The position numbers and the translations under genes are program-made. The notes under the pieces are model-generated. The model made no database searches. It saw only the letters and a program-made list of their open reading frames with translations, and was not told the origin of the DNA. A stretch of DNA of 64,000 nucleotides, from the NCBI GenBank assembly GCA_003971905.1, contig RSEE01000037.1, forward strand, positions 186,001 through 250,000, given 5' to 3'. The stretch is from Moniliella sp. 'wahieum'. Lineage: Eukaryota. Each line of letters starts with the position of its first letter. Within the stretch, counting starts at the first letter, position 1. Of this stretch, positions 51,587-64,000 are shown piece by piece.

Positions 51587-52719
51587 TTACAGGAGCCAAG
51601 GCACAATGGCTCTGCGGTGGGGCGGATAGAGCGGGCCAAAAGTAGAGCGGTACCACTGGTGGCCTCGGACAGCGCGGGGCAGCATGACAGCCACCTCGAC
51701 GAGGGGAAACAGTGTGGCGGAGCTAGTAGCCAGGCGTATCGATTGGGCAAGGGCAGCGTTACAGGCGTGTCGCACAGCACGGTTGCTGTGCCCACCGCCC
51801 ACTCGACCCATTCCGACAAGTAATGCGGGTGGTCCACTAGGCCAAACAGGCCGCCGTAAGGAATGGCATACGTTTGCGCACCACGCTGCACCGTAGGACC
51901 CACAGGACCCACGGTGCGCGTGCTCCCATCCCCACTACGCCCGGTAGCGCCCCCACGCCGCAGCGCCAACAAGATCTCGTGTGGTAGATGTTGGTAGCGA
52001 GGGCGAGCGCGGCGAGGAGGAGTGCGCACCAGAATGCCCTCGCGGGCGCAAGTGCAGACGTGGACGGGAGCCATGGGGTATGGGAAGCGGTGCCGGCCCA
52101 GGAAAAGGCGGTAAGAACGGATGTGGGCAGGTGCGGGAGCCAGGTGGGCGGGAGGTGAGACGGGGCGCGTCCGGCAAGCCAGGTGCAAGCAGAAATCCAT
52201 TGGTCAATTGGAACGTTGTGGCGGACAGGGCGACCTCGAGAGCCATGGGGGTGCGTGGGGGTGCGCGCACCAGCGGTTGGAGCAGCGCGCGGTGGAGGTA
52301 GTGGGAGGTAGAAGAGGGCGGCGGCCTGGCGGTGGGGCGGGTGGCGCGCAAGTGGGCTACCCAGCGTGGGAGAAGCGGCTGCGCGCCGTCCAGCAGGCCA
52401 GGAAGAGGTGGTGGAAGAACTCCGTGGGCGAGACGGAGCGGTCGAGCAGCTGGGGCTCCAGGCGAGCGGGGCGGCGGATGGGTCGCTGCACATGGCCATG
52501 GCGAGCAGCAGCGGGCCCGGCGTCTCCATCACGGCCCAGGCCAGGTTGGCGTTGAGGGCGGGCGGAAGCGGGTGCGGGTGCGCGGACCCCACTTGCCCAT
52601 GGGCGCAGGCAGGAGGAAGGTGGCGGGCGCGGCGAGGAGGAGGGCGAGCATGCCGGCGAGCAGCGCCACGTACACGCCGGCGGGCGTGAGGAGCATGGGG
52701 GGAGCATGGGGGGGAGCAT
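51587..52719 (-). CDS. 3-oxo-5-alpha-steroid 4-dehydrogenase (steroid 5-alpha-reductase family)
   Basis: LAWAVMETP, HYLHRALLQP, NIYH..ILLALR, YAIPYGGLF..VDHPHYLSEWVEW, MLPRAVRGHQWY..F...YP..RRAIVP. Confidence 0.88.
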
Positions 52720-52887
52720 TGGGAAGGTGGTGGAGGTGGAGGGGTCATGTGACCGGGGGCACGTGATGGGGCGGCGGAAGGGCGGAGTGGTGGGCACTGG
52801 GACTTCGTACTCGAGTGTTCGTACTCAGCTGAGGCGGCTGCCTCCTCCATCGACTGCGACGTCGGCGACACGCTGCTGGTGGCCAGG

Positions 52888-55800
52888 ATGGACGTGTACT
52901 CGCTCGCCTTTACCTTCCCGCGCCGCCCGCCGGCTGCCAACCCGCCCGCCGAGGCCGCCGCTGCGTCTGCCGCGGCCGCGCCCACGCGCCCCGCCGCCGC
53001 GATGCTCCCGCACCCGTTCCCCCCCCGCCTCGGGCGCTGCTGCCGCCCTCCGCGCCCACCCCACCCCCAGCCCGGTCGCCACCCCCACCCCGACCCCCCC
53101 CCCACCCCTCCCACCACCACCTCCGCCGCCGCTGCCGCCGCCGCCTCCGTCGAGCAGTCCCGCAGCGCGCTCGCCGTGCTCGGCCTCGGTCCGCGCCCCC
53201 CTGCCTCAGCTCTCGGCTCAGCTGCGGCTGCGGCTGCGGCGGGCGGCGGCGGGCTCGAACGCTGCTGCTCCCGCCGGCACCGCGGCCGGCGACGACGACA
53301 GTGCGCCGCGCGAGCAGCGCAGCAGCCTCTCTTCCTTGCCCACCCGCGTCAACTCAGGCTTCAGCAGCATGCGTTCCCGTCTCTCTGCGCGCACGTTTAT
53401 GCCCGCTGCGTTTGGTGCGCTGAAGCGCTCCCAGGACAACATTCCCGAAGCCGTCTCGCCCTCCCATGACGAGCAAGATGACGAGCCGCCTTCCCACCCG
53501 CCGCTCGCCGCTGCCGTCGAGCACCTGATCCACCCCAGTCCTACCGCCGCCTGCCCGACTTGGCGGCGAACCGGTGGATCGGACGCGTGCGTCTCGCACC
53601 CGCTCGCTGCGGACCGTGCGCCGGGCGGAGCATCGGCCCGCCGCCGCGCTCCCAACAGCACCTCCCTCAAGCCGGGCACAAGCTCTTCCTCTTCCACCTC
53701 CTCCTCCTCCTTCCAGCAACCCCTTGTTGTGCCTCAGGCGCACAAGCCTACCTTTGCCGCCGCCGCCGCTGCCGCGGCTGCTAATGCTTCTGCTTCTGCT
53801 TCTGCTTCTGCTTCTGCTTCTGCTTCTACTGCTGCTTCTGGCACTGCTAACTACGCCTGTGTCGCCACCCCAGCTGGGTCGGGTACGAATGACACGGTCT
53901 CCGACCGCTCCGCGCCGGCGTCTACGCCGGCTGCCGCACCGCTGGACCTGGGTGCGTCGACGCGTCCGGCCGAGCTGCCGACAAGCCAGGACAGTCCCGA
54001 CAGTCATCTTACCGAGTCCTCGGCCGACTTGCTTCGGTGCGGGACTTTTCCCCCGCGCTCAGCCGAGCGGTAGCACAAGACGAGGCTTGGTCCCTGGTGA
54101 CTCGGGTTCGGGTTCGCTTCGTGGCGCAGCAGAGTCGATGACGGCGGCTCCGGCTGCGACTACGACCACGGCCACGACGACCAGCGCGACTAGCTCGGCT
54201 AGTGCCAATGTCGCGCTCCGTCCCCCGTTCAGCATGGGGCGTAGGACACCGAGCGCCATCTACTTCGGCCCCATCTGGCCCGATGAGTTCCCTCGTCGCT
54301 GCTCCCGACTCGCCTGCCAGACCGAGCCCTCGGCATCGCCCTCAGCCGCAACAGCAACAGCAACAGCAGCAACACAGCAGCAGCACATGAAGAACCACGA
54401 TTCTGCTGTCGTACTGGGCAAAGCTGTGGACAAGCTCACCTCGGCCGTCGGCACGGCGTACCAGTGCGTGGTGTCTGCGATGGAAGTGCAACGTCTTTCC
54501 CATCCCGACCTTCTTTCCTCGAGGCAGGGGCCAAGCTTCTGGCCATTGTCGTCCCACGGGCGGGATTGGCGGCGCAACAGCAACTGAGCCCGTTGTGTCG
54601 AATGGTCCTGCAGCCGGCAGGGTACGGTATGAGTGCGGCAAGTCAGAGTGGGACGAGTATTCCTTCGTTGCTCACGTTTCCTTCTGCGCTCAACTCGAGC
54701 CAAACTTCCCTCCCCGTTAGCATCAAGAGCCTGCACTCTCTCCACCCAGTCAGTTCGGCGACCCGGACCGGAATGGCGTTGCTCGAACCAGATTTGGGAC
54801 TTACCTCGACCGCGTTGGGATCTGTCTCCTTCCCTCCTCCTAGTGACGAAGGCGATGCGGCCAAGTACTGTTTTCTTCTCTCGGGCTCGTTTCAACAAGT
54901 GTTTGGTGCCAAGGGTGCCGTGTTGCGCCAACACCCGTTCCCCCTCGTTGCGCACATCAAGTGCCCGCTCTCAGACTTGGTCTGCCCCCGCCCGGGGGGA
55001 AGGGTGGGACCGTTGGTCTCCGCCGGAGTAGGCCCGGATGGCCAACCGATCTTTCTCCGCCCCGATATCCGAACGGCTCGAGACGATCGCCACGTCGTGC
55101 CATGCCTTGGTGGCCATCGCGCACGACGCGCGCCAAGAAATCGCTACGGGCTTGTGGACCGAGCAGAGCGCCACGCTGGTCGTGGCAGGACAACACGATG
55201 CGGTCGATATGGCCAAATTGCAGGTCCTCGTCCTACTCGATGAATTGGTACGTTGTGTTACCCCTTCCCCCTCCCTCACCCCTGCGCGCGCTTCCACTTC
55301 CCGTCCCCCAGTGGAATGGACAGAAACTCACCTTGCCCAATCGATCCGACCAGACTGGGCTCCAATCCGAGCCGTACAAGCTGGAGTTTAAACTGCACAA
55401 CATTGTTGGCGGTCGCAAGCGGTGCGTGATTCAACAGATTCAAGAAGAAACCGCGACCAACATTTACTTCCCTTCGTCGTTTGCTGGTGTGTTTGGTCAT
55501 GCGGAGCAGTTGGACGTGGCGGCGCACCAGAACACGGTGTACATCACTGGAGACAGCGTGAATGTGCAGCGTGCCAAAGATATGCTACACCAACTGTCGG
55601 TATTGAAACACAAGGCGTTGCTCTCGCGCGAGATGGCCATCCTGCCACGCAAATTGGACTGGATGCTGACCGAGCGCCTGGACACGGTCCATGCCATTGC
55701 GCATGACAATGGTACCACCGTCGTCTTCCCGTCGTAGGATCGCAGGCTTCAGCTCTCGTCGTCCTGGGCGACAACCGCGTCGCGGTGGAGCGCACCACCA

Positions 55801-58403
55801 GAGCGCTTATGGCCCTCGCTGCCCAATTCTACTCGGCTTCGATCTGGCTCTTGCCCATGGGGTACGATGTGTTTGCTGTGCAACAAGCCTTGACCCTCTC
55901 CCGTGTCGCGCCGTCGCTACGGATGGTGAGTATCAAGTCGGGTGCCGAAGTGCTGTTTAAGAGCAACTGCTTTGAAGTGCATGGTCTCGAGTCGGAGGTG
56001 CGTGCGGCTGTGGCTCTTTTGCTCGATCTCGACCTCGTTCGCCCATTCAATTACGAGGTCCGGTTCCAGATCGAGTTGGCCAACGAACATCGTGACTTTA
56101 TTTCGGGCAAAAAGAACGGCAAGATGAACAAGATCATGAAGGCGGCCAATGTACGCATCAAATTCGAGACCTTTAACGAGTACAATTTCCGTATCGATGT
56201 GTCTAGCACCGACAAGAGCTCGGTGCTGCATGGCTGGCGCTGCAGGAGGAGCTACCGGCCGAGACGTCGTTCCACGTGCCCGAGGTGTACCACAAGCGCA
56301 TCATTGGCGTGGGAGGAAAGAACATCCAACGCATCATGAAAAAGTTTGGTGTGTACGTCAAGTTCTCCAATGCCGATGAGTTTGCCTCGTTGGGAGGCTA
56401 CCACGAAAATGCCGACAACGTCGTCGCTCGTACCCCGGCCAAGAACAAGACCGCTCTCTCCCACCTCAAGACCGCCGTCATGGAGCTCGTTCCGCCACAA
56501 GAGCGCGACTGGGCTTCCTCCCCGCTCCCCGTACCGAGAAGGTACCACCGCACCCTCTTGGGCGACAAGAGTATCTTTGTCCATGACATTGAGTCGCGCA
56601 CCGGCACGTCCTCTGCGCCCCTCGGGAAGATGCGTCCGACTCGATCTTCCTCGTGGGCCCAGCGGCCCAACGACCCATTGCGGCGCGCATGCTTCTTGCC
56701 CATGTGCCCACCTCAGCTCTCTTTGCCGTGCCGGCAACGACGGCGCTGGTGACTGCCATGGCGTCTTCTTCGGAAGGAAACGAAGATGAAGCAGGGGACT
56801 CGGACTCAGTCCGTACCACCACATTTGCCTCGCTCCTCGACACGGTTCGGACGCAATTGTCCGTCAACGTTGCCCCGCCCAATGTTGGACGCTGGTCTTC
56901 TCACTCTGCCCGCCGCAGTGTTCCGTCTGTTTACCGCCGCAGCCAATGCCGACCGTCTTCCCGCGGCCCAAGAGATGATCCTTGCCTTTCTCACCGCGCG
57001 CGAGGTCCCCGTATACGTGCCCTCTATCGATCCTCCCGATGTGGCTAGGGCCGGGTCGGAGCAGGAGCCGAGGAAGAAAGTAGCGAGTCGCCCCCGCTCC
57101 ATACTCGCACCGACTCTATCCTCCTCTGCCATCCGGAATCCTTTGCCTCGGCCCACGACCTCGCCTCGCCCCGGGCCGCGACTCGTTCTCCCCGCCTTGG
57201 GGCAGGAGCGCGACCGCGTGCCGCGCTTATCGGAAGATAGTAGCCGGGGCCAAGCTCCCCCCCGAGCTGGCCAACACGCGCAACACGCCCACGCGACCCC
57301 GGGCAGCTCCGACGCGGTACTGGCACCACTGGCACTGCTGAACCCTAGTCCGGTCCATGCGTCGACGCGGCTACCGACGTACCCTACTGGGTTTGCGCCA
57401 AGTTCGCGTGCCGAGCCCGGGTCCGGGTCGGTGCGACCGAACCGAGTAGGTCGCCGTACCCGTACACTACGTGGGGCAGTACGTCGGATGTGTGGGCGCC
57501 GCCTAGTGGTGCCTCGTCGCATGCTCGACCTTCGACCGAAGTCTGGTCCACGCCGCTACAGGCTCCGTGGGGCACGGGCGAATGGACCGGTTCGTCATCC
57601 AATTTGCTCCGACGCGGCTCGCACTTGTCCTTCTACCCTGCTGGAGCCGGGGCGGGCGACTCGCCTGTGCTCCCCTCGGCGTCGGTGCAGGACTTGGGAC
57701 TGGGTTCGGACCAGTGGGCGTCCGGATCGACGTACGACCTGGACATGGACATGGACCGTGAGCGTGACGTGCTGCACGCGGCACCATAGCGCCTCGCGCA
57801 TTGGGCGTCCGTGCCCAATCGCTCGACTTTGGCTCTGTCTTCCTCCCACCGCACCTGTCTGCCGGTCCTCCGCCTACACCGCTCTCGGCCGGACGGAGGA
57901 ACGTACTGCGCGGACCTGCCCACAACCCCAACCCGACCCTCAACCCAGCCCTCAACACACACACCCACACTCTCAATAACCACGAGCTCTACGCTCGGAG
58001 CAACTTGTCCACTGCGTCGGTACACTCGCTCGCCTCGCTACCTTCGCTCGCGTCGGGCGCCCCCTCGCTCTCGGGCCACTCGGAATGGGGCCTGCCCCAA
58101 CCGGCCGGCACAGGCACATCCACGAATATCGCTCTGCCCCCTGGCTCGGGGCCAGGATCAGGGGCGTCGGGACTGTACTCGTATGGCCGGGCGAGTTTGG
58201 CCGCGGCCGCTTCAGCGTCCGCCTTGTCCCCCCCCCGCTGTCCTCCACCGTCTTCCGCCCCAACAGCCGACAACAGTGGGACCCGCTCACTGGGCGCGTC
58301 AACCCCCCGCTCGGCCAACCCGGCCTCGCCGTTTGGCGCGGCAGGCTCGGGCTCAGGCTCGGGCTCGGGTTCGGGCGCGTGGCCCAACTTGCACATGTCC
58401 TAA
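52888..58403 (+). CDS. Multi-KH-domain RNA-binding protein (Mug60/YLL032C-like; possibly Khd4-related); intron 55248-55353
   Basis: KH GxxG loops HRDFISGKKNGKMNKI and YHKRIIGVGGKNIQRIMKK, plus IQEETATNIYFP and NVVARTPAKN. Long low-complexity termini; ends approximate. Confidence 0.85.
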
Positions 58404-60076
58404 TCCCTGCCTCGTGTAGCCCCTCCCTCCCTTACCTCCTTACCTCCTTACCCCCTGCACCCTTTCCCCCCTTATCCTGGTTGTCCGTAGCCTCTTAGCC
58501 CCCCCCCCCCCGCCCCCGCTTCTTGGGTTGTGGATGGGCGCTGTGGGTGCCTCGGCTCCGCTCAGCGCACGCGTCAAGGTTCCAGCGTCCCGCTTCTGCC
58601 GATTTCTTCGACTATACACTGCAAAAGGCAAGACATTTCAAGGCCAGGCAACGCATTTTAAGGCAAGGTGTGGTATTGCATGGCTTCCTACGTTCAAGGG
58701 CGTCAAGGCGCACCAACGGTCATCCTCATCTTGGCCCGTATCTGGCTTATACGCTTCTCCCTTTCCCACTGTGGACGGTTGCTTATGTGCTTCCACCATT
58801 GAGTTTTCGGACACTCTTCTTTCTCCCCCCCGCCGCCCCCCCCCTCGCTCCCCTGCATCGAACATCGATCATCGATCATCGTTGGCCCCCAAGCTGCCAT
58901 CCTTCCCTTTCCTTGCTCTCTTCATCTCGATCGTCTCGGCATCCATTCCTTGTGCACACCTTGTTTTTTCCGGATTTGATGAACGCTGGATTTGCTAGTG
59001 CGTGTGGGCGATGGTACGGCAAGGCGGAGCAAGAGGTCAGTGCTAGTGGCAGGCAACAGGCTGGCACACTAAGAGATAGTATATTAAGTGTGCAACGGAC
59101 CGTACACGCGATCGAAGATGCGAGGGTTTAGTAGGCTATACTCAGATTGCTCTATCGACCATTTATACTGGGAGTGTTGTGCCAAAATGCCAGTCAACAG
59201 AAGATATTGGCCATCTGGCTCCACCATCGGTGTGTAGTGTGGCAGAGATGAAAAGAGAATACATTTTGAAGAGGTTGCTGAGTCAACTCGTGAAAGGCGC
59301 GGGGAGCCCTGACCCAGTGTCCGTCCAAAGTCCAGTTTCCGTTTCGACAGCCAGAGTGCCTTCCCATTATTCTGTCTTGCCTCCCGTTTCTCTCTCCGAG
59401 TCGGGATCTTATTATACACTTCACTTTGACTCGAGCCGAAAATTCTACGCACAGTCTTGCCCCACTGCAAAATATAGCAAGTAGTACTAGAGTGCGACCA
59501 GAGGTGTGCTTATAGTCTTTTGTGCCTCGTCCCACTCGGATTCATCCCCACAGACTTATGCACGACAGCTTTGCATTTCCATAGCTACCATTATTGGAAT
59601 GGAAGGGTCTTGGATGTGTCAAAGCGGGGTGGCCTCCCTCGCTGGGATTCGCCCGTGACAATTATAATAGTAGCGGGGGTCAGATGGTGTGTTTGTGCTA
59701 AGCAGCAGCACCCCGCTAGTGCGGTTGCATCACCCTAACAAGTATCATCCGGATACTCTCAATCGCATAATGGCAAGCTCTATGACGGGAGGACACAGAC
59801 CTGGAATCTATAAGTAGCTATGGGAGGGAACTATGATAGATCGTGATGGCCGGGTCAAATGGATGACTTGAAAACCCAGAAGGACTGCGAGAGCGAAAGC
59901 TGATATCGGGGAGGCGAGCAGACGGGGAGAGGCCGCTGAGGGATGCAGGCCGCTGGAGAGACGCATGGGGGAATCAGGCCGGGTACCGTACGGAAGAGCA
60001 ATACAGGGTACAACAAGAAGATAACAGAGGAATATATATGAGGAGAAGGTCACTGTTGGTGACATAAACAAGATGT

Positions 60077-62000
60077 TTACTGAGGCAAGGGGATGGTGCG
60101 TGGGTAATCTTTCTCTGGTTGGATCGCAAAGAAGCGATGCTCCAGGGCTTTCTCGGCCGTGATGCGCTTAGTAGGGTCGAGTTCAAGAAGTTGACGGGCA
60201 AGGTCCTTGAACCAATAGTCGTATGGACCGGTACTGTGCTTTTTCGTCCTTGTTGGTGTTTCAGCAGTGGGGTATGGGGCACGGCCTTGGTGGTGCGCAC
60301 AGTACGTTGGGTAAAAGAGTGCCTCGCGCTGCTCAGGCGGCATCGTTCCAAAATGCACTCGGCATCACACCCAGCGCGCTCTGAAGTTCAGACAAGAGGG
60401 GCGTGTCGCTCTGGTCAAGTTCCGGCTTCGTGGCTTGGTGCTGGGCATACGCCTCCTTGCGCTTCCTTCCGGTCCAAAGGGCGCCTGACCCATCGCCAGC
60501 TGCAGCATCAAGCACCCAGCCGCCCACACGTCCAGCGGAGCCGACCAGGGATGAGTGCGAAGCAGCGCCTCGGGCGGGCGGCAAGCCTTGGGAAGCGCAC
60601 TCGGGCTCATGCTGGGCCGCGCACGAACGTGGCTCGCATCGGCCACGTGGACGCTGGAAGAGGAGAGGAAGGGAATCGTTTGGCCAGGCTTGGACGGATC
60701 GGGATGCGCACAGCAGCTTCAGTGCTGTCCAGCAGGACGTTGTCTGCGGTGAGGTTACCATGGACCAAGCCCTGGTCATGGATCGCGGCAAGAAAGAGGA
60801 GGATTTGCTTCATGATGGACTGAATGTGTTCCGGGGGCATGCGACGGCCTTGGAGCTGGCGCTTCAAAAAGTAGTCCACCGAGCTGGCCTGGCGGTCAAA
60901 CACAATGCACAGTCGGGTGCGGTTGTAGAGAAACATCGCGCATGCGCGTCCACCCAATCACGTTGGCATTCATCGCACCGACTGCATGCAGGTTCCGGGC
61001 GTGACGAAACGTCTCGATGCGCCTGGCCTTGTCAGAGCCGCTGACACTGATAACCACTTGTTGGTTGGTGACCATGTCAAGCGCGGAGACGGCCTCGCCG
61101 TACTTCGTCTTGCCCCGGCTCTTGGTAACCATGTAGCGATACGCCAGAATGCTGTCGCCCATCGCCATATTGGCTGGGCCACAAACTTGCGTCCCACCAA
61201 TGCTGGCGAGAACGTCCAACTCCGCTGCATCATCGTCCTGTTCTTTGTTCACCGGGCGAAGATGCTGCACATGCACATGGTCAAGAGGTTAGGCGTTACA
61301 GTGGTTCACTGGCACGAATGGGGATGGATCCGTACCTTTGCAGTTTGAACGGGAGGAGTTGCAGTGTGCGCGGGAGGAGGTTGCGGTTGCGCAGGAGGTG
61401 GGGTGGCAATTTGCACGCGAGGAAGGGTTGCACGTTGAACGCGAGGAGGGGTTGCACGTTGAACGCGAGGACGGGCCGGGGCCGCCTCAGGCTTCCGAGC
61501 GACCATCGCGGGCGCGGGGGTGGTGGCGCCAGGGAACCGAGCATGGTCCAACCTGGCCTTTTGACTGAGGGTCCGCCCGTAGCATTCGTATCCGCGTCCG
61601 CGTCCGCGTCCTCATCCTCATCCTCATCCTGATGCGTGCGCTTGCGCTGTCCACCAGATGCGGTGGCGATTTCTTTCGGATACAGTGGCGGAGGGAGCGG
61701 GCCCAGCTCAGGAGAAGGACGACGAAGAGCCGGTGCTGCTGGAAGACGACGAACGATGCGACGAGTGCCGACGACGCCGTCGCCGTCGATGCCGAGGTGG
61801 CGGCCTGTGCGGCGCAGGACGGGGGAGATGCGTTGGCCAGCTGCTGGGCGAGGCTGGGACGGGGGAAGACGGTGCGGTAGGGCATAGCGCGCTGGGACGA
61901 GACGGACAGCTGCACACCATTTTGCAATAGAAGCGGGTAGTCGTGGTCGTCGCAGAGAGGAGGCAGAGGTGGTGGTAGGTGGGAGAAAGACGGCGGGCAT
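60077..62000 (-). CDS. LAMMER/CLK-derived protein kinase-fold protein, predicted pseudokinase
   Basis: Joined ORFs 61296-62000, 60896-61276, 60607-60957, 60365-60646 and 60077-60358. CIVFD...SVDYFLK...HIQSIMKQ...IHDQGLVHGNLTADNVLL; RPPE..W..PLDVWAAGC; DLARQLLELDPTKRITAEKALEHRFF. Confidence 0.75.
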
Positions 62001-62800
62001 GCACGCAGGTTAAAAGCAAGGCCGTGGTAAAAAATGGGCCGGATGCGAGTGCAATCTGAAACACGAGGCGGCCATCGCCTAAAAGGAAAGCTCAGGTCCC
62101 AAAAGAGTACGACCGGTGATATGGGGGGAGGTGCGCATCGCACTCGGGCACGGCGTCTGTGGCTCATCCTGTTGGGCGGGGGACGGGTGATGGATGACGC
62201 TGCATGGGTGACCATCGATGATGATGCTTGCGGTGATAATAGCCCAATAGCACAGGGGCAGTGTGTGCTGGACAGCAGCGCGCCAGCTGCATGTCTCATA
62301 GCTAGGCCCGCCCAGCGCTGCGCCAGTCGCTGCGAGGACTTGGACCTAGACCTGAGGCCTGACCCGGCCCCTCTGGTTTTGGGTCTGCGTGCCCTATTCC
62401 CGCTTGTCACCCTAACCCCATAGCGCAAGCGGTGGTATGCACTTGCCTAGTGTCCTGGCCAAAGCCAAGCTATCATATATCACCTGCTATCACCCTCCAT
62501 CGCCCCCCCGCCCTAACCCTGCCAGTGCGTCTTCAGGCTCACCACCAAACGACTGTTGGGGGATTTGGTAGGTGTGGTAGCAACGCGGGCACAGCAACCT
62601 CGCCCATAGTAGGCAGCGCGAGGAGCTCGCTAATAAAGGGAGGCAGGCTGGAGCATCGGTGTGGTTGTGAATGAGCTGGGCGGAGTTTGTGCTTTTGCTT
62701 CATGTAAGGGGGGATTGGTTTGGATGCCGATGGTATTCATTCAGGTTGCATATTATGGAACGGTGCTGTTAGACTGTGATCCTGCAGCTGCTCTTATCCC

Positions 62801-62871
62801 GGCTCGATAGCGTAGTGGTAACGCATCCCTGGCCCATAGGCGATGACATGGGTTCGAATCCATTCGAGTCT
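62801..62871 (+). tRNA. tRNA-like gene or pseudo-tRNA (isotype unresolved)
   Basis: Acceptor GGCTCGA/TCGAGTC, D-stem GCGT/ACGC with AGTGGTA loop, GGTTCGAATCC T-loop, downstream TTTT. The anticodon arm is irregular. Confidence 0.6.
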
Positions 62872-64000
62872 CTTCTTTTCCTCACTATTTCCCCGGGCTG
62901 TGCCTTCTCACAGGTGCCAGTTATATATAACACGGAGGAAAGGAGAAACAATCTGTCGGTATACTACCAACGCGTGATGAGAAGCACACACCCTCCAAAA
63001 GAAGTCCAGGATGACGCAGAATAGTGTCATTATAGGCACCGGTCGGTGGGTATGTAGTGCATGTGATTCGTCATTAATCCTTCGCGTCATGGCGCTGAGG
63101 GTATGTCCGCAGTGGGTGGAAGATGAGGGCATAGCCCTGTGCCCCCTGTGATTACGAGAGAAGGCCAACTGCAATTGCTCCAAATAAGTGTTTAGTATGA
63201 AGCAGGAGCACCCGTATACCGAGTACGGATCCCGTTTTACAATCCTAAGAAATCGAGTTGCTTCACAGCGAAATTTTGCGACAGGCCCTGTTCGTCCATA
63301 TTGCCACCGTTGTCTTCGCCTCCCGGAGGACCCTGTAGGACCACGTGCGCTCCAATCGGCTCGCCCAACACAGCGCACACGCTCACCATTGCCCCGCGAA
63401 CTGATACCCCGATAAAGTAGACCACGCCCAGACCTCCTCTAGCTCCGTTCGGATCCGCCACATCAGACGGTGTCGAGGCGTGACGCGTGAGGCTTGATAA
63501 CCGCGAGTGCTGAGAGTCCGGGATGATCTCCCCGGCTCCTCTTTAGGGAAAATACACACCCTAATTAATGAACGTGTTGGGTCTCACGGGTCCCAGGAGT
63601 CCCAGCCCGGGGTCCACCCAAGATAAAAGAGACACAGCCATCAATGAACCCACACTGTTCACGTTAAATATAGAGAAAATCAGTTTTGCCTAAGCTAGGT
63701 ACTATAGATAAAGACCCTTTGCAAGCAACACTATAGATGTAAGCCACACACTATTACCTTTTTGTTATCACATGTCATTAAGATAACTCTTCATTTTGCG
63801 CCTGCGCCTTACTCTGTGCTTCTTCGGCGTTCGCTTTTTCCTTTCTCCATCTTGTTTTCATGACCGATACCGCTTTGATTCGCTTCTCGATATACTAATT
63901 TCACGTTCCTGCTCGTGAACACCCGCTCTCTTCCCGTAGTTCTTCGCTCAGTCGAAGAAAGGCCATACATTTTTGCTGCACCGTGGAAACGGAGTACTCC

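Noticed and set aside
1..64000. Pervasive frameshifts read as mass pseudogenisation, programmed frameshifting or RNA editing
   Set aside because: They hit essential conserved genes (TOP2, RACK1, PKA, Rab5), are mostly single-base losses in homopolymers, and come without substitution decay. This is typical of unpolished long reads.

Overview
GC-rich, gene-dense eukaryotic DNA with short spliceosomal introns (GT...CTRAC...YAG). It is most consistent with a basidiomycete fungus (Ustilaginomycotina-like; taxon inferred from gene content, not proven). Almost every gene is broken by 1-nt deletions, mostly in homopolymers, which I read as uncorrected long-read errors, so I rebuilt gene models by joining frames and their ends are approximate. 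Recognised genes: tuberin/TSC2 (runs off the left edge), QCR6, a Rab5-family GTPase, a divergent NAC-alpha, TOP2, a HAL/HRK1-type kinase, FAT1, TRAP-alpha/IRC22, a MIT-domain protein, RACK1, a beta-carbonic anhydrase, an FHA/SLMAP (Far9/Vps64) protein, ribokinase, Xaa-Pro aminopeptidase, the PKA catalytic subunit, a steroid 5-alpha-reductase-like protein and a multi-KH RNA-binding protein. There is also an intron-containing tRNA-Pro(AGG), an aberrant tRNA-like gene and possible solo LTRs. Most notable observations: (1) an apparent 2-nt microexon that is needed to complete QCR6; (2) a LAMMER/CLK-derived pseudokinase with its catalytic motifs substituted; (3) a single-pass membrane protein with a long tandem (PSA)n tract of overlapping PSAP motifs plus a PPxY motif; (4) a triple UPRE-like array plus a CRE palindrome upstream of TRAP-alpha. 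No CRISPR array or intact transposon was seen.
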